The notes under the pieces are model-generated. The model worked only from the letters and a program-made list of their open reading frames with translations, searched no databases and was not told the DNA's origin. Positions 19,116 to 29,626 of a DNA stretch of 64,000 nucleotides are shown in pieces. The DNA lies in the NCBI GenBank assembly GCA_002070185.1, contig MWCT01000007.1, positions 735 to 64,734 of the forward strand, read 5' to 3'. Position numbers and translations under genes: made by a program. Every line of letters starts with the position of its first letter. The stretch's first letter is position 1. Source of the stretch: a candidate division BRC1 bacterium ADurb.Bin183. GTDB lineage: Bacteria; Sumerlaeota; Sumerlaeia; MWCT01.

Positions 19116-20171
19116 TTATTTGAACCCTCCCGCCTTTATAAGCAAGTCCCCGGAGCTCGAAGATTTTGAGGAAAGCGGATCCTTGCCCAGCTGAATGCGG
19201 AATTCAATATCCCATTCCTTTTTATATTCCCGCCAAATATTTGAATGGGCGCGAGTCAGCGTGGCGGATATTGATTCGGGCGAATTTTTATCCACATAAA
19301 GAGAACGCACCCAGTCGTTGTATCCCTTTTTGCGCAAGCGGATTTTATGAGGTCCGTGAGAAAGGCGCACAGTCTTGGAGGTTTTGCCCATGTATTCTCC
19401 ATCAATATAAAGCTCGGCATTGTCGGGATTGGAGCGGAATCGGATTTTTTCCGTGCGGCGTGGATTATATCTTGCATCGTCATGACCAACCCAGCGCGCG
19501 CTAACATAAATGGAGGTGTAACTTTCAGCTAATTCACGGGCGGGTTTGGGGGTGATGGGAGCGGGGACGATTGCCATTTTCCCCGGTTGCCCGGGCATAG
19601 GCGCGGGTTTTCCCGGCTCTTTGGGTGCCGGTCCTTGCGGCTCAGACGGCATCATTTGCATCTTTTGGCGGAATGAGTCAATCCCGCCCGGCATCATCCG
19701 AAAAGGCTCTTTTTCAGAATAGCGCTCGAATTCCGCCATGGCTCGGTGGCGTTCGCGCACAGCCAGCGCGCGGATATATTCTCTGCCGATGGGGCCTGTG
19801 GCTTCAAGATTATAATTCCTGTCGGGCAAGGAATAAGTGCCCGGACGAACAAAGTTGTCGCGGTCAAAAAAGTTCGGGAATATCTGGCGCGTGACGCCGT
19901 TGGTATCTATGTTGAAGATATAAACATAGCATTCCTTGTTGACGTTGAAATAGATGCGGATATTCTCCCCGATATTGTAATTGGTTTTTTCCGTCCAGAC
20001 GCTGATTTGCAAATCATAATTGGGAGTGACAATGATGGACTGGGCGCGCCCCTCGGTGACTCTTTGCGCCGAAAGCGTCGCCTGCTCTTTGGCGATGGCG
20101 GAGACGTTCAGCATTGCAGCGCCGATCAGGCATGTCAGCAGGAACAACCGAACGAGTATGATTCTGTTCAT
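19116..20171 (-). CDS. Secreted DUF4384-like / Pro-rich linker / PEGA-domain protein
   Basis: Signal peptide. Pro-rich PAPKEPGKPAPMPGQPGK linker. C-terminal PEGA-like ..AELYIDGEYMGKTSKTVRLSHGPHKIRLRKKGY.. Confidence 0.6.
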   Translation of the reverse strand: MNRIILVRLFLLTCLIGAAMLNVSAIAKEQATLSAQRVTEGRAQSIIVTPNYDLQISVWTEKTNYNIGENIRIYFNVNKECYVYIFNIDTNGVTRQIFPNFFDRDNFVRPGTYSLPDRNYNLEATGPIGREYIRALAVRERHRAMAEFERYSEKEPFRMMPGGIDSFRQKMQMMPSEPQGPAPKEPGKPAPMPGQPGKMAIVPAPITPKPARELAESYTSIYVSARWVGHDDARYNPRRTEKIRFRSNPDNAELYIDGEYMGKTSKTVRLSHGPHKIRLRKKGYNDWVRSLYVDKNSPESISATLTRAHSNIWREYKKEWDIEFRIQLGKDPLSSKSSSSGDLLIKAGGFK

Positions 20172-20335
20172 GAGATGTCTCCTTTCAAAAAAAAATTATA
20201 CTCATATAAATGAGCAAAAACTATACCTTTCCTAAATCCCATTAAATCATATTTCCACAAAAATATTCAAAAATATTTCCAGTATTGGAACAATGGCGCT
20301 GTCCATAAAACGGACAAAGTCTCAAAAAGGTGCAA

Positions 20336-21307
20336 TTATCTCAATTCCGCCATCCAATATTCATATAAATCTCGGAGCGTCTGGCTGAAGGGAATCTGCG
20401 GTTTCCAGCCGGTGTCCCGCCGCAATTTCGCAAAAGAGCCGCGTGTTTCAGAGATATCCGTTGGACGCAATTTCTCGGGATCTGTCACCACCTCTATCTT
20501 CATCGGCGAAAAGGATTTGAGCGTCTGAAGGATGGATTTGATGGAACGCGTTCTGCCGCTGCAAATGTTATAGGCTTCATCATGCCTTCCCTTTTCAACC
20601 AACATCCGATATGCCCTCACAACATCTCGCACGTCTGTGAAATCGCGGCGCGCAGAAAGGTTGCCCACCTTTATCACAGGCGGCGCGCCGAGAGCAATCT
20701 CCGCCACCTGACGCGCAAAACTCGGGCAGACAAACCCCGTCGTCTGTCCCGGTCCCGTGTGGGAAAATGGGCGCGCCCGCACAATATGCATGTCCGGATA
20801 GCGCCCCCATTGAAAAGCAATTAAATCCAAAGCCGCCTTGCTTGCGGCATAGGGGTTTTCCGGATGCAAAGGCAGAGTTTCCACAGCAGGCAATTCCGCC
20901 GGTTTCAATGAGCCATAAATCTCCGCCGATGTGACAACGAGCGTTCGCACCTTGAGCCCCCATTCGCGCAGCGCCTCAAAAAGATGAACGCTCCCCATAA
21001 CATTTGCGGCGTATGTGAGAACCGGATTCTTCCAGCTGGTGGGAACATGGCTGATGCCGGCAAGGTGATAAATCTCATCCGGCTGAACCTCTTTAACAAG
21101 GTCGCGGACGTTTTCATAATTTCTCAAATCAATCGGAAACAGGGCGACGCTTTTCTCAAGGCGTCCCTTGTGCAACGGATTGGGGCGACCGCCCGAGATA
21201 ATAGTTCCCGAAACGCGCCTGCCTTCGCTCAGCAGGTGTCCCGCCAGATGCGGACCCACAAAACCGTCATAGCCCGTTATTAACGCGCTGATTTTTTTCT
21301 TTGCCAT
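20336..21307 (-). CDS. NAD-dependent sugar epimerase/dehydratase (GDP-sugar 4,6-dehydratase/reductase-like SDR)
   Basis: ALITGYDGFVGPHLAGHL Rossmann motif. ..YAASKAA.. catalytic YxxxK. 323 aa. Confidence 0.75.
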   Translation of the reverse strand: MAKKKISALITGYDGFVGPHLAGHLLSEGRRVSGTIISGGRPNPLHKGRLEKSVALFPIDLRNYENVRDLVKEVQPDEIYHLAGISHVPTSWKNPVLTYAANVMGSVHLFEALREWGLKVRTLVVTSAEIYGSLKPAELPAVETLPLHPENPYAASKAALDLIAFQWGRYPDMHIVRARPFSHTGPGQTTGFVCPSFARQVAEIALGAPPVIKVGNLSARRDFTDVRDVVRAYRMLVEKGRHDEAYNICSGRTRSIKSILQTLKSFSPMKIEVVTDPEKLRPTDISETRGSFAKLRRDTGWKPQIPFSQTLRDLYEYWMAELR

Positions 21308-22162
21308 TTACGCCTCTCCGTTAATTTTCAAACATATCCCCTCTTCAAACGAGCGCGGGGAAAATCCAATCTCGCGCCGCGCCTCGCCTATATCAAAAAC
21401 CTTATCCTCGCCAAATCTCCGAACCTGTTCCGATGTCACGCGAGGCTTGCTCGCAATCTTCTCATAAATGCCCGCCATAAATAAACATAAGGGCAGCGGG
21501 ACAGGAACGAATATTATCTTTCTGTTCAGCGCCCCGGCGATGATTTCCACTATCTGCCGATAGGTTATCGGCTCCGGTCCCGCAATGGTGTATTCCCTTC
21601 CGGCTGTTTCCGGATGAGCAACGCAATACAGCAGGGCATCCACCAGATCCCACACAAACACCGGTTGAATCAAATTTGAACCATCTCCGAAAAGCGGAAA
21701 AAACTTATGCCGCTTTATCTGATTTACCAATTTCGTTATATTGTTATCTTGCGGACCGCCGTAAATCATCGAAGGACGGAGTATGGTGTAATCAAGCCCG
21801 CCGCGCCTTATCGCTTCTTCTGAATCAATCACCTGCCTTGACGTCTCGCAGGGGAATTTCGTGTACCGTCTTGTGGAACTCATGAAGAGGGCGCGCCTTA
21901 CGCCCGCTTTGCGGCAAATGGGGAGCAAAGCCGGCGCAAATTTTATGTGGGCAATGTTAACAAGGATATCAACATCTTTAAGCGCCGCGATAACCTGTTC
22001 CTCATTTTGAATATCGCCTTGAGCAATCTCAACTTTTTCCAGCGGAAGATTTCCCGCATGGCGGGGATTGCGCACAAGGCACCGCACCTGATAATTAAGT
22101 CCGACCAGCCTTTGCACAAGGCGCGAACCTGTGTGGCTTGTGGCGCCGGTGACCAGTATCAT
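21308..22162 (-). CDS. NAD(P)-binding SDR / NmrA-like epimerase-dehydratase family protein
   Basis: MILVTGATSHTGSRLVQRL Rossmann motif. 284 aa. Adjacent to an SDR and a GT1. Confidence 0.65.
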   Translation of the reverse strand: MILVTGATSHTGSRLVQRLVGLNYQVRCLVRNPRHAGNLPLEKVEIAQGDIQNEEQVIAALKDVDILVNIAHIKFAPALLPICRKAGVRRALFMSSTRRYTKFPCETSRQVIDSEEAIRRGGLDYTILRPSMIYGGPQDNNITKLVNQIKRHKFFPLFGDGSNLIQPVFVWDLVDALLYCVAHPETAGREYTIAGPEPITYRQIVEIIAGALNRKIIFVPVPLPLCLFMAGIYEKIASKPRVTSEQVRRFGEDKVFDIGEARREIGFSPRSFEEGICLKINGEA

Positions 22163-23337
22163 GGGCGATACCCCTTTATTTTCTCGGCGATTAATTCCTG
22201 ATAAATATCGTATTGGCGTTCCAAAACCTTTTCTTCCGTGAAGAATTCCAGAACACGCAGCCTGCCGGAGCGTCCCATTTCCACCGCCTTTGAAGGATCG
22301 CGCAGAAGGGAGATAACAGCTTTTGCCAGCGCGTCCGCATCGCGCGGCGGAACAAGATGCCCAGTCCGCCCCTCCACAATCTCCTCGCGGCTGCCGCGGA
22401 TATTGGTTGCCACAACCGGGCGCTCCATCGCCATCGCCTCAAGAATCGAGCGCGGCATCCCCTCCCGATAAGAAGGCAACGTGTATATGTTCATGATGGA
22501 AAGGAGTTCGCGAATATCGTTGCGCAAACCTGCAAAATGAATACGACCGCCAAGTTTCAAATCTGCGATGCGCCGATGAAGTTCTGCGCCGGTGGCATCG
22601 TGGTCGCTTTTCAGCGTTTCGCCGATGCACAAAAAATGCGTTTCGGGCAATTGCCCCAATATACGCGCCGCTGCCTCGACAAATTCAAAATATCCCTTTT
22701 CGCGGACGATGCGTCCGATGATGCCGATAATAGGCGCGCCGTCGGGGATGCCGAACTCGGCACGATAGCGGGCGGATGTCCCTTCCGTTATTTGAGCCGG
22801 ATCAAAATGCCGAACATCAATCCCGTTCCCAATTGTTCTGATGCGCTCCGGCGGCGATATTTTTTCGCGGATTGCCGTCTCGCGATCCTCCTCGCTTTGT
22901 GTGAAAATAAAATCGCCCCATTGCGCGCCGAACCGTTCGAGCGCCACATGAAATTTTCGTTTCAGATTCGGCATATCGTCGTGAAAGTAAAACCCGTGCG
23001 CTGTGTAGATTCGGATAGGCACGCCGGCAAGCCTTGCCGCGATGCGTCCGAGCAGACTCGCAATCGGTGTATGGACGTGAATAATATCATAATGATTTTT
23101 TCGTAAGTATCGGTATAATATATATAGAGAGCGGATATGGCTGAATAAATTCATACTGCGCGCAATTGGAATAGGATGAAGACGCAAGCCTTCTTTTTGC
23201 AGCTGGGAGAAATACGAACCCTCGCTGCATGCTGTTGTTACCTCGAATCCCTTTTGTTCCAAAAAACGGATAAGAGGGCGCAGAAAGTGCATCACAGTAA
23301 AATCAACCGCGCAAAGTTGTAAAACGCGCAACGACAT
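22159..23337 (-). CDS. Glycosyltransferase family 1
   Basis: ..FHDDMPNLKR...GRIVREKGYFEFVEAA...LPSYREGMPRSILEAMAMERPVVATN.. GT1 (E-X7-E) motifs. Confidence 0.85.
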   Translation of the reverse strand: MSLRVLQLCAVDFTVMHFLRPLIRFLEQKGFEVTTACSEGSYFSQLQKEGLRLHPIPIARSMNLFSHIRSLYILYRYLRKNHYDIIHVHTPIASLLGRIAARLAGVPIRIYTAHGFYFHDDMPNLKRKFHVALERFGAQWGDFIFTQSEEDRETAIREKISPPERIRTIGNGIDVRHFDPAQITEGTSARYRAEFGIPDGAPIIGIIGRIVREKGYFEFVEAAARILGQLPETHFLCIGETLKSDHDATGAELHRRIADLKLGGRIHFAGLRNDIRELLSIMNIYTLPSYREGMPRSILEAMAMERPVVATNIRGSREEIVEGRTGHLVPPRDADALAKAVISLLRDPSKAVEMGRSGRLRVLEFFTEEKVLERQYDIYQELIAEKIKGYRP

Positions 23338-23419
23338 AAATTTTGTTCATGCCAAAAGGACTTGCGCGGAATCAAGAACTTTGGCAGAGAGTTTTCATAT
23401 TTTCTCGGGGAGGCAGAAC

Positions 23420-24034
23420 ATGGCAAATTTGGAAAAAACGATTGACGCATTGAAAAAGAACAATATTAACGTTCTTCGATTTCAAACAGGCGCCGAGGCA
23501 AAGGATGCCGCGCTTAAAATGATCCCCGGCGGTTCATCTGTCGCATTTGGCGGCTCCGCTACAACAGCGCAAATCGGGCTTATGGATGCCTTGCGCTCCG
23601 GCGGCTACAATCTCATTGACGCTTATGCCTCGGGTGTTCCGCGCGAGGAAGCGGTCGAGCGCCGACGCCTTGGACTGCTTGCCGATTATTTTATCACCGG
23701 CACGAATGCCATCACCGAATCGGGCGAGCTTGTCAATATAGACGGCTTAGGCAATCGCGTTGCCGCGCAGATATTTGGACCTCGAAAGGTGTTCATTTTT
23801 GCATCAGAGAAAAAGATTGTGCCGGATGTGAAAGAGGCTTTTATGCGGATTGAAAAAATTGCCGCGCCGTTGAATGCAAAGCGTCTGGGCATTGATGTGC
23901 CATGTGTGCGCGGCGAATCATGCCTTGAATGTCCGCCCGAACGCACGCTTTGCAAATATGAGGTAGTTATTCGGCGGCAGTCGTTGCCGGAGCGTATGAC
24001 AATTTTTCTTATTGCGGAAGATTTGGGTTATTAA
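23420..24034 (+). CDS. LUD-domain (DUF162, YkgG/LutC-like) protein
   Basis: ..GGSSVAFGGSATTAQIGL...FITGTNAITESGELVNIDGLGNRV.. LUD domain hallmarks. GGGGAGG RBS sits before ATG 23420. Confidence 0.7.
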   Translation: MANLEKTIDALKKNNINVLRFQTGAEAKDAALKMIPGGSSVAFGGSATTAQIGLMDALRSGGYNLIDAYASGVPREEAVERRRLGLLADYFITGTNAITESGELVNIDGLGNRVAAQIFGPRKVFIFASEKKIVPDVKEAFMRIEKIAAPLNAKRLGIDVPCVRGESCLECPPERTLCKYEVVIRRQSLPERMTIFLIAEDLGY

Positions 24035-24059
24035 CCATCCTCCAGCGCCGAAACGCCCG

Positions 24060-25709
24060 CTACTTGCTTTCGGTTCTGATGGTGCGTTTGGGCGTGGCAA
24101 TGGGAATAACGCGCGAAAGGGCGAAAAGCCGCGCGCGGGCATCGCCGATTTTGGTGTTCAAGTCTTCCGTTTCGCGCGAGCCGAGCGAACTGTCAATGGA
24201 AAGAGCGGCTTCCCATGTGTCAATTGCGCGGCGATAGAATTTCTTTGCCTCTTCCTTATCGTTCATGACAAAAAATGTTGTTTTTCGCTCTGTAGATTTG
24301 AGGGCGTTGGCATGGGATTCCGCCGTGGCGTAAAATTCATCGCCCCTGCGCGCCAGCGCCAAAGCGCGCGCCTTCGTCTCCCTTGTCTCGCGGCGGAGTT
24401 CATTCTCCGCCCGCTCCTTCAATTCATTGCCCTGCGAGATAACATCCGAAAGATTGGGGAAGTTCCGCGCGAGAATGCCCGCTTTGTAAATGACTGTGTC
24501 ATAATCTTTTCTTGTGAAAGCGCTGTTGATTTCCGCAAGGTCTTTCTGAGCATAGAATTTGACGCCCTCAAGGGCTTTTTGATTCTTGGGATCTTTCTCC
24601 AGAGCAAAAGTGTAGCGCTCCAATGCCTCATTATCCAGCCCCCGTTCGCGGCAGAAATCGCCCAGAGCAATATGCGAGGTGATGTCGTCCGGTGAAAGCG
24701 TCGCCAATTGTGCGGAATACTGATAAAAATAAAGAATGGTCGGATCTTCGTTGGGGTAAAGTTTGAGCAGGGTGTTGTAAACTTCGGCGGCTTTCTCGAA
24801 CTGTCCGGTGGCGGCGGCGTTTTCATGCGCGGATGTAAGAGCCTCCCGCAGACGCGAATCAAGAATTGAATCGGCGGTTTTGGCGTTTTGCTTAATGTTC
24901 ACCAGATAGGGGAGCGCCTTATCAAGGTTGCGCTGTTTGTAATAAAGGTCTGCAATCGTATAGGAGAGTTCTATATTGCCGGGATTATTTTTCAAACGCT
25001 CCTCGTAGATGGAAATGACCTTGTTAGCCATGTTGGGATCATTCTGCCAGAGGGCAAGCAGTTGATTGAATACCTCCTGATTGTTCGGATCGAGTTTTAG
25101 GGCGGACTCAAAATATTCTGTTGCGCCTTTGGGATTGAGCCGATCTATTGCCTGCATGCCTTGTTGATAAAGGAGCCGCACCTTCAGGAAATGAAGCGTT
25201 TCGCTCTGGGCAGTGGAGAGTTCTTTGCGCTCGATCTGCTCCAGAAGTTTTTGCGCGTCTGTTAACTTTTGCTCTTTGATGAGTTCGCCCAATTTTTCAA
25301 TATTAGCGTCCACCTGCCGAACTTGCTCCTTGATTTCATTCTGGGCGCGATCCGCGATGGTTTTATTGATGTCGTCAATAAGCTGGAGGGCGCCCTCATT
25401 GGCTGGATTGGCGCCGATGGCTTTATCGGCATATTCCTTTGCCTTGGCGAAGTTCTGGCGCCCAAAATAATCCCGCGAGATATGCATGTAACTGGCATCC
25501 AGCGCCTCTTTTTCGATGCGGGCAATGCGGTTTCGGGCTATTTTCATTTCTCCAACGCTCGACTCAAAAACAACGTTATCCGGATCGCTGGGCGATTCAA
25601 TGACAAGACCTGTCCGGCGTTCGCCTGAATTTAAAACTATCACGTCAGCGACAGCGCTCCTGATAATAAGCAGCAAAATAGCTGAGATGATTAGGAACCC
25701 TTTTTTCAT
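24060..25709 (-). CDS. Secreted TPR-repeat protein
   Basis: Signal peptide after MKKGFLIISAILLLI. Multiple TPR-like 34-aa repeats (..AKEYADKAIGANPANEGA.., ..YFESALKLDPNNQEV..). RBS GGGGAGG before the chosen start. Confidence 0.7.
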   Translation of the reverse strand: MKKGFLIISAILLLIIRSAVADVIVLNSGERRTGLVIESPSDPDNVVFESSVGEMKIARNRIARIEKEALDASYMHISRDYFGRQNFAKAKEYADKAIGANPANEGALQLIDDINKTIADRAQNEIKEQVRQVDANIEKLGELIKEQKLTDAQKLLEQIERKELSTAQSETLHFLKVRLLYQQGMQAIDRLNPKGATEYFESALKLDPNNQEVFNQLLALWQNDPNMANKVISIYEERLKNNPGNIELSYTIADLYYKQRNLDKALPYLVNIKQNAKTADSILDSRLREALTSAHENAAATGQFEKAAEVYNTLLKLYPNEDPTILYFYQYSAQLATLSPDDITSHIALGDFCRERGLDNEALERYTFALEKDPKNQKALEGVKFYAQKDLAEINSAFTRKDYDTVIYKAGILARNFPNLSDVISQGNELKERAENELRRETRETKARALALARRGDEFYATAESHANALKSTERKTTFFVMNDKEEAKKFYRRAIDTWEAALSIDSSLGSRETEDLNTKIGDARARLFALSRVIPIATPKRTIRTESK

Positions 25710-25817
25710 ACTCGACCTCCCCAAAATAGCGCATTTGGAAATCATGACGGATTATCTATAACTATGTATAAAATCATAAGGCAGGCATTTTGGGCTTGTC
25801 AAACTATATCATAGATT

Positions 25818-28175
25818 TTACTGCGAATACACTGCGCAGAGGGTTTCCGGCAGGAACAATCGGAATATCGTTCCCACCCCCTCGTTGGAGTCAACGGTGA
25901 TGGCGCCCTTCACAACATCTATAAAATGTTTGACGGACGCCAACCCAAGTCCCGTTCCTTTTGAGCCTTTGGTGCTGAAAAAGGGCGAGAATATTCGCTC
26001 GTAAATATGCGGAGGTATGCCTTGTCCCGTATCCTCCAACTCAATCATAAGCAAGGAAGTTTGGGATTGCAGCCCGGGCTGCATTTGACAGGCGTGGCTC
26101 CAATAGGGGTCTTCGCGGTTTATCCGGCGGGCGTTAAGCCTGATTCTTCCGCCGTTTGGCATGGCGTCAATTGCGTTGCTCCCGAGATTCAATAGCACGC
26201 GGAAAAGCTTTTGAGAATCGAGGCGGCATTCCTCCAAGCCGGATTCCACCGAGCTGACAAAACTGATGTTCCCAATCGAAAGATGTTTGAGCATCAAGAT
26301 GACTTCTTCGAATAGTTTGGAGATGTCGGTCTCCTCGATGATAGTGCCGTTCAAACCCGAATAATCCAACATATTCATAGCAACAAGGTGAAGCCTGCGG
26401 GAACTTTTATTCAGCAAGTAATAGGCTCTGGCGGACATCTCAATATCTTTATCTTCAATCGCCTTTTGAAAAACTGCCATCCCGCCTTGCATGACTGTGA
26501 GGAGGTTCTTCATACAATGGGCGACGGAATCCATCGCGCCGCCGATAGCGGCGAGCCGTTCCTCGCGGATGAGCTCCAACATCATTTTCTTGCGTTCGCT
26601 GATATCAAGAGAAAAGGCTACAACGCCGACGATGTTGCCATCCTTGTCGCGCTGCGGTTCAATGTGATTTTGAAAAACTTTTTCACCGTTTTCGGTTTCG
26701 ATGGAGCTCGGCTCTCCCTTGAGGGCTTTATCAATCTGAATAAGGAGAGAGAGGGATTCGTCAATTTCCAATATAAAATTCCTGGCATGTTTTTCGATAA
26801 ATTCTTCAGGGTTCAGTTGCAACGCTGTCAGCCCCGCCCCTTTTAGGTTTTTAATCTTTATTCGGCTGTCGGTTGACCATAGAATAGCGGGGATCTGCTC
26901 AACAATAAGGCTGAGCTCCTTTTCTCTGGCGCCCAGTTTATCCTTCATAGTATGTTGCTCTGTTGAATCGCGAAAGAACGCAATGCAGCATAGTTTATTA
27001 TTATAAAGGAATTTGTGGGCGCTGATATCTATTTGGCGAATAGACCCATCCTTGTGTAGAAAAGGGACGTCTTCGGCATACTCCACTTTTCCCCGTGTGA
27101 TATCCTCGAACAAATGCAAAACCATTGGCAGCGAATCTGAAGGATGCAGATCGTCCACGCTTTTAGAAATGAGTTCCGTTTCGCTATACCCCAGAATATT
27201 TGTCATGGCGGGATTAGCGCGCATGATGCGTCTCAATTCACAGTCGGCAACCATCAAGCCATCCACCATACCGTCATAAATCATTTGAAGGTCGTTTTTG
27301 GTCTGCATCAACCGCTCTTGAGTTTTAACGCGATCCGTCAAATCCACAACGGTTATCAGAAACCCCGGATCCGTCTGGGCGGGATCCAGACGGACAAGCG
27401 ATAGCTCCGCAGGAAAAAAGGTATCATCAAGCCGTCGAAGCTTCCAGTCCCTCACATCAACGCCACGATTTTTGACCCCTTGCAGGGCGAGGTCGTAATA
27501 CTCGATAAAATCATCATGCGCAGAGAATAATTCATGCAGAGGCAAGCCAATTAAATCCTGTGCATCTGGATTTTCGGGGCTGACGAATCGCGCCATTGTG
27601 TGGTTCATCCACCGAATAGACCAATCCGGGTTAAGAATGCACAAACCATTCGGCGTGCATTGAACGATGGCTTGATATTCCTGCTGCATCCGATGGACGT
27701 CCATTCGCTGTAATCGGAATGATTTCTGAGGTTTCCAGCGGCGAATGGCATGGTTGGCAAGGCACAGAAGGTTCTCCCACGTGAGCCCGGATTTTGCAGC
27801 GAATTCCTGCGCACCAGCCTGAAAGCCCCGCTGGATAAGCTCCTCATTCTCTTCGAAGAATAAAAGAAAAATGGGAATATCCGGCGCGATGTCGCTGATG
27901 GCTTCCAATCTTTTGAATGGGTCTTCCTGTTTTATATCCATATCAAGAATGATTAAATCGAAACGCTCCATCTCCAATCTGCGCTCGACATTGCACATCT
28001 CTTTTTCAAATGAAAAAACAACATGAATCGGGTCTGCCGGAGATGGCGGCTTCATAAGATCCCGCAGGCAGGCGGAATCATGACCAATATAAAGAATCTG
28101 GCAAAGGGTTGTTTCAAAAACCGGAAGCCTGAACGCTTTGCCTGTTTGCGATTTTTTTTCAGAAGGCTGCGACAT
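25818..28175 (-). CDS. Hybrid sensor histidine kinase: N-terminal receiver-like domain, multiple PAS domains, HisKA/HATPase_c
   Basis: N-terminal ..FDLIILDMDI.. receiver-like region. PAS modules. ..AHCMKNLL.. H-box. ..DTGQGIPPHIYERIFSPFFSTKGSKGTGLGLASVK.. G1/G2 boxes. Confidence 0.8.
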   Translation of the reverse strand: MSQPSEKKSQTGKAFRLPVFETTLCQILYIGHDSACLRDLMKPPSPADPIHVVFSFEKEMCNVERRLEMERFDLIILDMDIKQEDPFKRLEAISDIAPDIPIFLLFFEENEELIQRGFQAGAQEFAAKSGLTWENLLCLANHAIRRWKPQKSFRLQRMDVHRMQQEYQAIVQCTPNGLCILNPDWSIRWMNHTMARFVSPENPDAQDLIGLPLHELFSAHDDFIEYYDLALQGVKNRGVDVRDWKLRRLDDTFFPAELSLVRLDPAQTDPGFLITVVDLTDRVKTQERLMQTKNDLQMIYDGMVDGLMVADCELRRIMRANPAMTNILGYSETELISKSVDDLHPSDSLPMVLHLFEDITRGKVEYAEDVPFLHKDGSIRQIDISAHKFLYNNKLCCIAFFRDSTEQHTMKDKLGAREKELSLIVEQIPAILWSTDSRIKIKNLKGAGLTALQLNPEEFIEKHARNFILEIDESLSLLIQIDKALKGEPSSIETENGEKVFQNHIEPQRDKDGNIVGVVAFSLDISERKKMMLELIREERLAAIGGAMDSVAHCMKNLLTVMQGGMAVFQKAIEDKDIEMSARAYYLLNKSSRRLHLVAMNMLDYSGLNGTIIEETDISKLFEEVILMLKHLSIGNISFVSSVESGLEECRLDSQKLFRVLLNLGSNAIDAMPNGGRIRLNARRINREDPYWSHACQMQPGLQSQTSLLMIELEDTGQGIPPHIYERIFSPFFSTKGSKGTGLGLASVKHFIDVVKGAITVDSNEGVGTIFRLFLPETLCAVYSQ

Positions 28176-28253
28176 CTTCTGTCCGCTCCAGCATAAGATT
28201 GCATAAAAAATTAAGGTATATGAACATCGCTTTCAACCTTCAAAGTAACTTTT

Positions 28254-28282
28254 AATTATGGATGCGATATTTGTAAAGTCAA
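28254..28282 (-). promoter_or_regulatory. Sigma-70-type promoter for the sensor kinase gene
   Basis: On the minus strand: TTGACT, a 17-nt spacer, then ATAATT (the -35 element at 28277-28282 and the -10 at 28254-28259). About 70 nt upstream of the kinase start. Confidence 0.4.
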
Positions 28283-28452
28283 TAAAAAAAATGCGGAAAA
28301 TTTGATTTTTTTTCATTTTGGGACATTTTTCGATTGACACCCGCGGCGAATAGAAAATATTAATTTTTCTAAATTTAAATAAGTTTCCCCGCATCAAGCG
28401 ACTGTTGCCCGTTCCTGTTATTGTTGTTATTGTTGTCAAGGAGGTAGTTGCC

Positions 28453-29550
28453 GTGGTAGTCCGCAAGTTTTCTATCAAGCAGGTTATCGAAAAAACAGGA
28501 CTTGAAGAAAGCGAAGTTCGATTTTACGAAAACGCCTTTCGTGAATTCCTCGCCTTTACCCGACTGGATTCCAATCAAAAAGATTTCAATGAAGACCAGA
28601 TTGAGGTGCTTATCCGCATCCGCGACCTCATTAAAAAGCGCGGATTTACTGTTGATGAAGTTAAGCGCGAGCTCAAATGCATCCTAAAAAAAGGCGAGGT
28701 ATCACCCGCCGGCGCCCGTCCGGAAAGCTATGCCCGCGTCATTGCCGTCACAAGCGGCAAAGGCGGCGTCGGTAAGACCACGTTCGTAGTCAACTTCGCC
28801 ATTTCCCTTGCGCTCAAAAAAAAGAAGGTCGCCATTTTTGACGCCGACCTCGGTCTTGCCAATGTTCACATTCTCATGGGCGTCAAACCCCAATTCAATC
28901 TTTCACACCTCATTCAAGACGGCTTCCCGCTGGAAGATGTTATCACTACCGGTCCGCTGGGTATCCAAATTCTTTCGGGCGGTCAGGGCGTGCGCGAACT
29001 GGCTAATCTGAAGGAGGAGGAGCGCCGTTCTCTTTTGCGGCAGATTGATAAACTCGAACGCAGCGTCGAGTATCTGATTGTGGACACAGGCGCGGGCATT
29101 TCTGAAAATGTCCTGCGCTTTGCCTCCTTTGCGGATGAGATTGTTGTCGTCACCACCCCAAACGTAGCCGCCGCCGCCGACGCCTATTCCATCATCAAAA
29201 TCCTTTTAGGCATGGAGCCTAATGCCAAGATTGGACTGATAACAAACGAAGTCGCCAGCATGTATCACAGCAAAAACGTCTTTAATCGGATTAACGTCGC
29301 AGTGGAAAAATATCTCAATTATTCGCTGGGCGATCTGGGATATATTGTCACCGATGAATATATCAAGGCGGCAAACCAACTGCGCAAGCCGCTGTTGCTC
29401 TCCTATCCAACAGCCCCCGCCGCCATTTGCGTCAAGAGCATCACGGAGACTATCCTGAATGACAAGGTTTTCGTTAATACGCGAAAAGAATCCTCGTTTC
29501 AGGAAATCATGGGAGCTGTCCGCCGCACAATGGTCGGTGCCGGCGTGTGA
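28453..29550 (+). CDS. FlhG/FleN-like MinD/ParA-family ATPase with N-terminal MerR-type HTH
   Basis: ..RVIAVTSGKGGVGKTTFVVNFAISLA...IFDADLGLANVHILMGV.. matches FlhG/FleN deviant Walker A. N-terminal FSIKQVIEKTGLEESEVRFYE is MerR-HTH-like. GTG start 8 nt after the AAGGAGG RBS. Confidence 0.7.
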   Translation: MVVRKFSIKQVIEKTGLEESEVRFYENAFREFLAFTRLDSNQKDFNEDQIEVLIRIRDLIKKRGFTVDEVKRELKCILKKGEVSPAGARPESYARVIAVTSGKGGVGKTTFVVNFAISLALKKKKVAIFDADLGLANVHILMGVKPQFNLSHLIQDGFPLEDVITTGPLGIQILSGGQGVRELANLKEEERRSLLRQIDKLERSVEYLIVDTGAGISENVLRFASFADEIVVVTTPNVAAAADAYSIIKILLGMEPNAKIGLITNEVASMYHSKNVFNRINVAVEKYLNYSLGDLGYIVTDEYIKAANQLRKPLLLSYPTAPAAICVKSITETILNDKVFVNTRKESSFQEIMGAVRRTMVGAGV

Positions 29551-29626
29551 TTTGCCAAAGATGTGCGGCGAATGACGGATTATGGAAAAAATCTTTCATC
29601 AATGACCAATGACTATGGAGGCAAAT

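Noticed and set aside
22357-23106. 249-aa plus-strand ORF antisense to the GT1 gene at 22159-23337
   Set aside because: Antisense to a confidently identified glycosyltransferase. No motifs. Arg-rich.
28233-28478. 81-aa Thr-rich minus-strand ORF, and the low-complexity repeat gttattgttgttattgttgtc (28419-28440)
   Set aside because: Overlaps the promoter/5' region of the FlhG-like gene. The low-complexity repeat is not a CRISPR array (no spacer-repeat periodicity).
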